Shown here piece by piece: positions 55,120 to 63,661 of a stretch of 64,000 bases of DNA. Position numbers and translations under genes: made by a program. Source of the DNA: Scyliorhinus canicula (taxonomy: Eukaryota). Position 1 is the stretch's first letter. Each line of letters starts with the position of its first letter. The DNA is taken from NCBI RefSeq assembly GCF_902713615.1, contig NC_052159.1, positions 109,545,877 through 109,609,876 of the forward strand. The letters run 5' to 3'. Under the pieces are notes generated by a model, which was not told the origin of the DNA, did not search any database, and saw only the letters and a list, made by a program, of their open reading frames with translations.

Positions 55120-55340
55120 GACCACTATCATTACGGTGCCAAAGATGAAGCAGGCAACGTGCCTCAATGTCTACCGCCTGGTGACCTCGACATCTATCAT
55201 TGTGAAGTTTTTTGAGAGTTGATCATGAGACACATCAACTCCATACTTCCAGAATGCCTTGATCTATTGCACTTCACATACCACTTCAACCGGTCCACAG
55301 CAGACGCTATCTCCCTGGCCCTACACTCATCCCTGGAGCT
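55120..55340 (+). mobile_element. Rex1/Babar-type LINE RT fragment; target of the ERV insertion
   Basis: Decayed translation TIITVPK..TCLNVYRLV.TSIIVKFFE / LDLLHFTYHFNRSTADAISLALHSSLE, cut exactly at the LTR start. Confidence 0.75.
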
Positions 55341-56924
55341 TGTTTTTCTAATTTCACCTATATGTTTTAGAATTCCCCTTATACCACAGACCTTAAGGGC
55401 CAATATTCTAAAACGGCGAACAGGGAACTCCCTCCCTGACTCCAGTACAGGCCTCTGTGAGTGCTATTCGGGTCAAACTCTCCTTTCAAGTTATCCCCCG
55501 GTATACTCATACCTTCACTGAAGAATTTTACTTACTTACCCCTTAATCGCATCGATGTCCCGGGTCCTGCGTTCTTAAGGAAGTGAAGTAAGCTAATAAC
55601 CACTTTTTCAGGTTAAATTATTTTATTATTAACATACTCTTTTTTATCTCATTAAATTAAAAACATTATTTACTTTTTGATGTTGTCTGGTTGGTTGGTG
55701 AGGCCTTCAGACTCTCTCTCTCTCTCTTTCACTTTCAAGTCTCCTGGTCATCTCTCCTGGTGCAGTTTTCTCTTTTTCTCCTCTTCTTCCTTCATTGGCT
55801 GCTGGGCCGCTTCTCTCCTGGGCCTTCCCGTTCCTGGGCCGCTGCTCCTGCTGTCCTTCTTCCTTCTTCGGGTGCCGCTGGTGTTCTGCTCCTGGTGTTC
55901 TGTGGCGTGGTTCCTTTTGTGCCTCTCTTCTTGCCTCATGGGGAGAGAGGAGGAGTCTGAAGCCCGCGCTGTTTTCTTTGTTCCAGCTGTTCTGGAAGCC
56001 CGCGCTGGCTGATCTCTGGCTCGAGATCGGGACCTCCGATAAGGATCGGACTTCGGGTCTTAAAGGGGCAGTCCATCACCATTTTCCAACAACACAAAGA
56101 GATTTTTAAAAACTTTTTTCTTTTGCCTTTCTCCTGCTGCAGGTTGTAATAACCATTCTGATAGACTGAAATTGCTGCCCACAGTTTCTGTGCCCTTCAG
56201 CTGCCACCAACCTCTTGTGGGATCTTTCCCTGCACTCTCCCCGATCAGATGTTGGCAGACCTCTATGTTTCAAATGACACATTCTGTATTTTCCAGAACA
56301 CCCCGTCTTGACATTTGAAACATTACTATAATTTGGTTTATTGTCCCCCCCATCCAATTGTACTAACCTACATCCCTGATCATTGTCATTTGTATGCATA
56401 TCACAGACCAGTGTCAATACGAGTCTTGTTTTCCGTTCCAGATTGGAATGTGGTAATTGTGATATCTTGTACCCCCCACTGATCCCCTAGTCTTATTAAT
56501 TTAAAATGTTCAATTGATCCTGCTTGTATTCCTAACTTCCCCATTAATGTCTAACATTGTCGTGAATCATGTAAGTCTGCCAACCCCTGGTTTACATGAG
56601 AGAACATCTTTCTGACAACGTGTATATTTTTCATTTCAGCATTTACAAAACCGCATTGAACCGTCTCTTTTTTTTTCTTCCCAAACAAATTCTCCCTATT
56701 GTTCTATACATAGTAAAATTTTTATCTTATCTTAACACCTTATTCATTACCTAACCAATAGACTGTGTGTTACACTTTACATATTTTCAACTGTTAACAA
56801 TTTAATATCAATATCGAAACATCGCTTCTTGGCTTTTGGAACAATCATTATTACATACTAAACTAACCCTCTATTAAAACATTCACAGTTTAGAAATGCG
56901 GATCAAGTTATTTAACGACACACA
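55341..56924 (-). repeat. 3' LTR of the foamy-like ERV (~1584 bp, TG...CA)
   Basis: 55341-55678 equals 63662-64000 except for a 1-nt indel. The U3 boundary is inferred from the minus-strand PPT GAGAAGGGGGG-TA-TGTGTG at 56937-56919. Minus-strand AATAAA at 55627-55622. Confidence 0.75.
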
Positions 56925-56937
56925 TACCCCCCTTCTC
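56925..56937 (-). promoter_or_regulatory. Polypurine tract of the ERV
   Basis: Minus strand GAGAAGGGGGG-TA followed by TG, downstream of pol. Confidence 0.7.
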
Positions 56938-57369
56938 ATATATATACAACAGTCCCTATCAATTTACATGAAAATAAAAAAAATTTTCTTATCAACGATT
57001 ATAGCTCTTCAATGCAATATTGTTTTGTTGCATTGGTAACAATTTTCCCGCCGTAGTATCAAGCTACTGAAATTCTTAACCTATTATCATTGATCATATT
57101 GGGGTTCCTCGTCAGTCGCTGCTATCTGCTGCCGAGACCTTAATGATTCCACTGCGTAGTACATACCCCATGGAGACCACAGATCATCCATCAACTAATG
57201 TCCAGTTAGAGATGTCTGACCGGGGGTTTCACTGTCCAGTTATAATTTGATATTCTAATTTGTTTCTAACCCGTAAAGTTTTCCTCCGGGTTCTGTCATT
57301 TAATTCCCTCAAATTTGTAGCCAATTATATCATTAGTTTCCCCCCAATCCTGTCGAACAGATTCTTCTC

Positions 57370-57451
57370 TGGAGTGTAGTTCTCTTCCTTCTTGCGAACT
57401 GGTTTGTTATTGGAGTGTAGTTCTCTTCCTTCTTGCGACCTGGTTTGTTAT
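57370..57451. repeat. 41-bp tandem duplication between pol and the 3' LTR
   Basis: TGGAGTGTAGTTCTCTTCCTTCTTGCGA(A/C)CTGGTTTGTTAT twice, one mismatch. Confidence 0.95.
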
Positions 57452-57657
57452 TAATTTTTTCCACCTGAAAAAGCAAATGAACAGATCAAGGGTGGAGAGG
57501 GCCCTATTCTTTAATTCGGATTATCCCAGAAGTGCCCTCTCCAGGACTTCCGGATTCCTTTTGCCATCATTTCTTTTTGAACTGGTTTATATTCCATATC
57601 CTTGATGTAGTCAAGCCTCCTTCTGTCATTGCACCCCTGAGTGAGATTCGAAGAATC

Positions 57658-60600
57658 TCAAACTCCTCTGATGCTCACTGGGTCGTGTGTTTCAAGCGTG
57701 ACACAATTTCTTTTGCTCCAGACACCATGCTTCTCTAATTCAATTGTATGTGTACCCAGAATCTGAACAATCTTGTCTTTACATTTTACAGTCTCGCGAA
57801 TGATTTCCCCCGCAGTCTTAGTTGGTAACTTCACCCAAACTTCGTCTCCTACTTGATAATTCCCAGATTCACTTGGGTCTCCTTGTCCCTGGGGGACAGA
57901 GGTTCCAAGATTGCTATTAAGATCAAATACTATTCTTTCAATGTCTTTATCCCAGCCTTTATTATTCTGATTCTTTATGATCCAATCCTTTACTTTTCTT
58001 ACAGACCTCTCAGCCATTCCATTACTCTCAGGTGCATATTTCACGGCCCAATTGATTGTTATTCCTCTGTCAGCACAAAAGTTAATAACAGTATTGTTTC
58101 TAAAGTGTGGCGCGTTGTCCATTCGGATCGATTCTGGTCTACCTCTGGAGGTCATCATTTCTGCCAATACCCTTTTGGTTGTGGCTCCATTTGCTTTGCT
58201 GGTTGCTCTAAGGTCAATTTCTCCCGTGCAGCTATCAGCTTTGACTAAAAAATACAAATTACCTTTGCTGCTTCTGGGAAAAAGTGGTCCTGCATAATCT
58301 AATGACCATTCCTGCATCGGTTTCTCAGTTTTTATGCTCCCATATGTTTTATTTCCTCTCTGTCCTCCACAGGCCATACATCTCTCACATTTTCTCCTTA
58401 CTGCAGTTAAATGTTGTCTCCAATAGGCTATTTTAAGTCCCAACTTCTTCAACTCCCTTGCGACTACAACATGACCCCCATGTCCCGTGGCTTCATGTAC
58501 TTGCTTAATTATCATTTGATGGTCGGCTGCTGAGTTCCCAAGAGTCCCCAAGATTATTGTCCTAAGTCTGGCTAATTCATCCACTTCCTGATTCCCCTTA
58601 CACAGTTCCCCAATTCCTTTTGTGTGTGCTTTTTGATGAATTGTCTGGATCTCCATATCGGCTAAAATTTTATCTATCTCTTCCCACTGTTCTTTCTGTT
58701 CCAGTAGTTTATTTCTACCGTTCGTCCAACCGTTTAGTTTCCAAAACTCCAAATCTTTCTCCAATCCTTGCTGCACGAAAAAGCTATCGGTTACAACGGT
58801 AACTTCCTGCAGCTTTCGCTGGTGACACTCCTTTAACCCTTGCAATACTCCCTCTACCTCAGCTGTCTGAGCTGATCCAATGATTATTCCCTGTTCCTCC
58901 ACTACTATGTTTCCTGAATTTTTTAAAATGAATGCCCATCTGGCTTGTTCTTCGTCCTTCTTGACTTTACTACCATCAGTATATAATACCCAAGCATTCA
59001 CCAACTCCGTTTTACTAACTGGCTCATCAAGTTTCTGTCCCTTTTGAATGTTATGAACAAACATTAAGTCAGGGTTTAGAAGAATGGTTTCCCATCTTTC
59101 CCATCGAGCTGTATTCGCGCCTTGCTGGCAAATCTGTCTCTTGGTTAGCTCCTTTAACTCCAAAAACTCAGTTGTGACATAAATTTTCTTACCACCCGAC
59201 AAGTTTTCTATCTCTGCTATTCTCTTTGTTATAGCTGCTAGACATTTCTCGATGTTTGAAAACTTTTGTTCAGCTCTCGACCAGTTTCCTGTCAGATGTT
59301 TGATAGGTGTCTGATTGCTAAGATTAGCAAGTACCATACCATATCCATTTTTATATATGTCTAATTTAATGCTTAAATCATCCTCTTCTTGTCTCCCAAC
59401 TAATGACCCCGATATCGCAATTGCTGTCTTTAACTGATCTAACCCTCTCTGGGCCTCGCTGGTCCAAATAAAATCCCCTTTCAAGGTTTGATAAATGGCT
59501 TTAGCATAGAGACTGAAGTCCTTCACTACTGGCCTTAGATATCCCAACATTCCCATTATTTTTTGAACCCCTTTTTTCGAAACCGGCGCAGTAATTTCAG
59601 CTATCTTCTTCCTCATTTCAATACTGGCCTCTCTACCTTCCTTCGATACTGAATAACCCAAATAGTTGACTTCGCTTCTCCCAATTTGACATTTCTTTAG
59701 CCCTATTTTAAAGCCTGCTTCACCAAGTGTCTTAATGATCCTGGCCACTCTTTCCACATGTTTGTCCTGATCGTCATCTCCAATTAATATATCATCGATA
59801 TATACTAAGGCCAAATCATCTTGAATCAGCTCCCTGATTATTGCCTGAAAGTGATTTGGAGAATTAACATATCCCTGTGGAAGTCTACAATATACATAAT
59901 GCTTAGTTCCAACGGTGAATGCTGTTTTTTCCCTGCTGTCTGGGTCTAATGGAACACTCCAGAATCCATTCGCCAAATCTATACTAGTTAAGTAAGTTTT
60001 TCCCGCGACTTGCTCTAAGGTAGCTTGTGGATTTATTAAATATCTCTTGTCCTTCTTTGTGACTTTATTTAAAGCTTTGTAATTTGTTACCATTCTAAAT
60101 GTACCATCTGGTTTTCTTACTACCTGAAGTGGACTATTTGTTGAGGCATATGTGACCCCTTGAATAATCCCCTGCTGCTCCAATTCCTTGATTATTATCT
60201 CCAGCTCGCTCTTAGCTCCTCTAGGCAAAGGATACTGTTTTTGAGGTCTGTGTTGTCCCCCGTGAATTGTGTGTTGAAATTGCTGGCTAAGCAAACCTGT
60301 GTCATTCTTACCTATCGCTAGGTTTGCTCCCATCAGTACTTCTTCCATCTTCTTCCAAGCTTCGTCATTTAAAATACTTTTCTCTTTCTGTTTCCTTATT
60401 TCCTCCATGTTATCAATTGGTTTTAATATCCTTATTTTTCCAGTATCTATTTTTATTAAATCTTTCCCTGCCATCAGATTATCAGTTCCTGATATTGCCA
60501 GTAATTCTCCCAATCTAACTTCTGGTCTAATATCCTTATTCCCTAATGCTCCTTCTACTATGTAATTCTTTCCTGTCGGATTTCCAGCTTCTTCCCTTAT

Positions 60601-62946
60601 CATTGATATCTCAGCCCCTGTGTCCACTATACATCTTTCCCCCTTGTATACTACTACTAATTCTCCTTTGTCTGTTTCTGTTGTTAGATTTTGTATAGCC
60701 TGTTTAAGGGGAGAAGCCGAATCCTGTCCATATATACCGGGGCCTCCTCTGCCTCCTCCTCGGAATCCCCCTCGCGAGCGTCCCGGATACCCTTCTGATG
60801 GTTGATATCTACCTTGCTCAATCCTCCCCTGACCAGCTGCTCTTCTTCTCCTATCCTCAATGAATCTGTCTCTTTCCTCCCGACTGAGGGCTAGGAATTG
60901 TCCCCTTGGTAAATAATCTAGATTTTGTGGTGGAGGTGGCCCTTGTGATCGCAAATTATACCCATGTTGTGGCATTGCTGGTTGTGCTGGATTTTGTTCC
61001 GATTTGTCAGGTATCTGTCGGTTTGGTGGTCTAATCTGAGCATTTTGTGTTGAAACATTATTTTGGGCAGCTGCTCTTTTTTGTTCCCCTTTTGTGTGTT
61101 TATCCTTAAATGCTTTGCCTGCCAAATCAAATTTAACCAGTTCTCTTCCTATTTCTCTTCTAGAGGTCGTTAACAGTATTATTGAGAGGCTTTTTCCTCC
61201 TGGAATCTTGGGTCCTAATTCCCTCAGGAATCTGACTACATCGACCCCCTCTTCCTTATTAACCTCATATATTCGGTCGATATATGGTGTGAGGTGTTCC
61301 CCTGCATATGCTGCCTCTGTCATCTCTTTCATTAAATTAGCTCTCTCATTTCCCAAATCTAACTCACTTATTAAATCTGAGACTTCGCCTGTAACTATTT
61401 CTCCCACTGTATGTAAATCAATTAATTTGGTGGATTCTCCTGATGCCCCCATTTTCTTCGCTAACTGTTTTAACCTCTGTGAATACTCAATTCTACTCTC
61501 CCCATGTTTCTTTGGGCCTGCTGTCTTCATTACGGCTGCTACTATTTTATACGGTACCATGCCTCCCTGTCCTTCCTCTGGACCTGGTGTAAATGACTGA
61601 ACTATTTTCTCACTTCTGGGGCATGGTGTTCTTAAAGGGGCACCTCTATCTGGGTCCCTATATTCGGAGAAATGTATCCGTCGTCGTACCGGTTCTTCCT
61701 CAAAATAGGGGGTACTATGTTGTGCAAACTCTTCCACCGATTCTATATATTCTTCAAACCTTGCACTTGGTACTTGGCTATCTCGTGGAGCATAACTTGC
61801 CCTATCCATTGGAGTAGGAGCAGTTTTTTGGGGTCTTGGACGATTCTGTATCCTTTCCTGTGGTCTTAATGCTGCTATTATCTGGCCTTGTGTTTCTGTG
61901 CTGTTCCTTACCCTACTCATGGCTCTTCCGAAACTGTCATACCCTTTGCTCATTTGCCAAATTTTAGCTTTGGGGGTAACGTTTGGTAATTCTAGTAATT
62001 TCGTAGAATCAATTTGTTGACTTCCTCCTAATATTTCTCCTATTTTAAGTCCCCTAGCTGTAACCTCTCTTTCCCATCCTTCCTGATCTCTATGGTGTAC
62101 CATTTCTGCTTCTGGATTATAAATATAATACGGTACATCCTTATTTACTGGTCGATAAGAGGAAGGTTGTTGTTGTTTCCAGTGATCGCTATAATCCCCT
62201 ATTTCTAATGGTTTAGAATTTTTTCTATTCCCTATTCCTCTCTTTTGTTTGACTATTTCCTCATTCTCGGATGAGGATGATAATTCTTCCTGTCCCATCA
62301 CAGGAGGCGCCATAATCCCAACTATGCCTTGTTCCTCTTCACTTTCTTGTGGTTCAAAGAAATGATCGATAAACGCTTCTTTCTTATGTGTGGCAGATTG
62401 CTGAGGCCAATTTTCTTCCTGAAACAGACTTGGCTCTGGGTATTGAAAATTGTATCCCGTTGGGAAATTTTCACAGGGGTCCGAATTCTCTCGGCTATCT
62501 GATTCTAGGCCTGATTCCTCGTCACTTTCCATTTCTAATGGTTCATTTTTCTGCAGTTGTTTTATATATTTGCCTACCACTTCAGAGTTACTTTTGGGTT
62601 TACTAGGGATCTGTATTATTTCTGTCCTGTTTACTCCGTCAATGATTTTAATCAGTTTGGAACACACTTTGCCCACTTGAGCAGCTGCATGCTTCTGTCT
62701 GTGTCCAAATACGATTAGTGATTCAGCTCGCTTTTCAAATGCAAACTGACAAAGTGCTTTAAGGACCCTGACTGAATCTGTATATTGCAGGGCTTTTGGC
62801 ACTCTAACAAAGAGGGAGATATCTCCGTCTGGATACATATCTCCTGTCCAGGATTTCTTTTGCTCTTTTAATTTCTTCCATTCCCTTTTCATTTCTACAT
62901 TTCTCTTGACCGTATCCCAGGGCATGAGAATTACCCTAATTGCCAT
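57658..62946 (-). CDS. gag-pol: Gag-Pro-Pol polyprotein (1762 aa): Gag ~62946-60690, PR ~60670-60440, RT ~60300-59400, tether, RNase H ~58990-58565, integrase ~58530-57658
   Basis: The ORF track starts at a GTG (62991); the first ATG is at 62946 in Kozak context AAAATGG. Motifs: PR VDTGAE (60616-60624); RT IDLANGFW (~59959-59982), LPQGYVNSP and YIDD (59791-59802); RNase H YTDGS, AQTAE, TDSFFV, GNQEVD; IN H-x4-H...CERC, LDYAGP, MDNAPHF, NGMAER. No internal stop or frameshift. Confidence 0.95.
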   Translation of the reverse strand: MAIRVILMPWDTVKRNVEMKREWKKLKEQKKSWTGDMYPDGDISLFVRVPKALQYTDSVRVLKALCQFAFEKRAESLIVFGHRQKHAAAQVGKVCSKLIKIIDGVNRTEIIQIPSKPKSNSEVVGKYIKQLQKNEPLEMESDEESGLESDSRENSDPCENFPTGYNFQYPEPSLFQEENWPQQSATHKKEAFIDHFFEPQESEEEQGIVGIMAPPVMGQEELSSSSENEEIVKQKRGIGNRKNSKPLEIGDYSDHWKQQQPSSYRPVNKDVPYYIYNPEAEMVHHRDQEGWEREVTARGLKIGEILGGSQQIDSTKLLELPNVTPKAKIWQMSKGYDSFGRAMSRVRNSTETQGQIIAALRPQERIQNRPRPQKTAPTPMDRASYAPRDSQVPSARFEEYIESVEEFAQHSTPYFEEEPVRRRIHFSEYRDPDRGAPLRTPCPRSEKIVQSFTPGPEEGQGGMVPYKIVAAVMKTAGPKKHGESRIEYSQRLKQLAKKMGASGESTKLIDLHTVGEIVTGEVSDLISELDLGNERANLMKEMTEAAYAGEHLTPYIDRIYEVNKEEGVDVVRFLRELGPKIPGGKSLSIILLTTSRREIGRELVKFDLAGKAFKDKHTKGEQKRAAAQNNVSTQNAQIRPPNRQIPDKSEQNPAQPAMPQHGYNLRSQGPPPPQNLDYLPRGQFLALSREERDRFIEDRRRRAAGQGRIEQGRYQPSEGYPGRSRGGFRGGGRGGPGIYGQDSASPLKQAIQNLTTETDKGELVVVYKGERCIVDTGAEISMIREEAGNPTGKNYIVEGALGNKDIRPEVRLGELLAISGTDNLMAGKDLIKIDTGKIRILKPIDNMEEIRKQKEKSILNDEAWKKMEEVLMGANLAIGKNDTGLLSQQFQHTIHGGQHRPQKQYPLPRGAKSELEIIIKELEQQGIIQGVTYASTNSPLQVVRKPDGTFRMVTNYKALNKVTKKDKRYLINPQATLEQVAGKTYLTSIDLANGFWSVPLDPDSREKTAFTVGTKHYVYCRLPQGYVNSPNHFQAIIRELIQDDLALVYIDDILIGDDDQDKHVERVARIIKTLGEAGFKIGLKKCQIGRSEVNYLGYSVSKEGREASIEMRKKIAEITAPVSKKGVQKIMGMLGYLRPVVKDFSLYAKAIYQTLKGDFIWTSEAQRGLDQLKTAIAISGSLVGRQEEDDLSIKLDIYKNGYGMVLANLSNQTPIKHLTGNWSRAEQKFSNIEKCLAAITKRIAEIENLSGGKKIYVTTEFLELKELTKRQICQQGANTARWERWETILLNPDLMFVHNIQKGQKLDEPVSKTELVNAWVLYTDGSKVKKDEEQARWAFILKNSGNIVVEEQGIIIGSAQTAEVEGVLQGLKECHQRKLQEVTVVTDSFFVQQGLEKDLEFWKLNGWTNGRNKLLEQKEQWEEIDKILADMEIQTIHQKAHTKGIGELCKGNQEVDELARLRTIILGTLGNSAADHQMIIKQVHEATGHGGHVVVARELKKLGLKIAYWRQHLTAVRRKCERCMACGGQRGNKTYGSIKTEKPMQEWSLDYAGPLFPRSSKGNLYFLVKADSCTGEIDLRATSKANGATTKRVLAEMMTSRGRPESIRMDNAPHFRNNTVINFCADRGITINWAVKYAPESNGMAERSVRKVKDWIIKNQNNKGWDKDIERIVFDLNSNLGTSVPQGQGDPSESGNYQVGDEVWVKLPTKTAGEIIRETVKCKDKIVQILGTHTIELEKHGVWSKRNCVTLETHDPVSIRGV

Positions 62947-63372
62947 TTTCGGATTTTTAGTTCTGTTCCTGGTTGTCCCTTTCAGGTGCACTCTGAAATT
63001 AAGGATAAGTACCCTTTCTGGGCCCTATCCAAGGCTGACCAAGGCACTATCTTCCTGCTCTAGTTAAGGGTCGATTGATTATTGGTTTCTGAATATAAGC
63101 GTCCCTATTTTCCAGAAAATGTCCGCACAATCCGCCTTACTCTGAGGATGATTTATTCTTTAGCCCCTTTTACCAGTAATGGATGCAAGATTTTAGTGCT
63201 ATCACCAAAATGTCTTGCAGACTTTTTCTCAGGGTCAGTATCTTCTAGTCTACTGATTTTCACACCCAACCTGAGCTTCAGTCCCCTCGATCCACAGAAT
63301 ATCCTTACAAAAGCCAATCACACCTGACTTTCCAAACTAAACTCGGCAGGTAAAGTTTGACTCACACATAGA

Positions 63373-63642
63373 CTAGAAACTTCTAATATTCTAGCCTTTT
63401 TGCCGGTTAGAAACTTCTAATATTCCACCCGTTTCTTGGGAACTAGAAACTTCTAATATTCTAGCCCCTACTCTGCTTAACTAGAAACTTCTAATATTCT
63501 AGCCTCGCTTTACCTAGAAACTTCTAATATTCTAGGCTTTTCTTGGGAACTAGAAACTTCTAATATTCTAGCCCCTACTCTGCTTAACTAGAAACTTCTA
63601 ATATTCTAGCCTCGCTTTACCTAGAAACTTCTAATATTCTAG
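63373..63642. repeat. Leader array: 8 x 22-nt CTAGAAACTTCTAATATTCTAG with 11-16-nt spacers
   Basis: Units start at 63373, 63407 (variant), 63443, 63481, 63514, 63550, 63588 and 63621. Units 3-5 recur as units 6-8 with a 107-bp period. Confidence 0.97.
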
Positions 63643-63661
63643 GCCTCCACGCTGGGCGCCA
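63643..63661 (-). promoter_or_regulatory. Primer-binding site, tRNA-Lys1,2-like
   Basis: Minus strand reads TGGCGCCCAGCGTGGAGGC versus the Lys1,2 PBS TGGCGCCCAACGTGGGGC (one G.U pair, one bulged A). Confidence 0.85.

Noticed and set aside
56999-57352. env remnant (NFT/NWT/NAT sequons, nearby RRKR)
   Set aside because: Seven stops in about 118 codons is close to random expectation, and there is no transmembrane or fusion-peptide segment.
57700-58560. Central PPT copy within integrase
   Set aside because: I saw no exact copy of GAGAAGGGGGG, only generic purine richness.
62947-62991. GTG start giving 1777 aa
   Set aside because: In a eukaryotic context the ATG at 62946 has a strong Kozak sequence and is the better start.
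63373-63642. True CRISPR array
   Set aside because: Eukaryotic retroviral leader with no cas genes; spacers are only 11-16 nt and are themselves duplicated.
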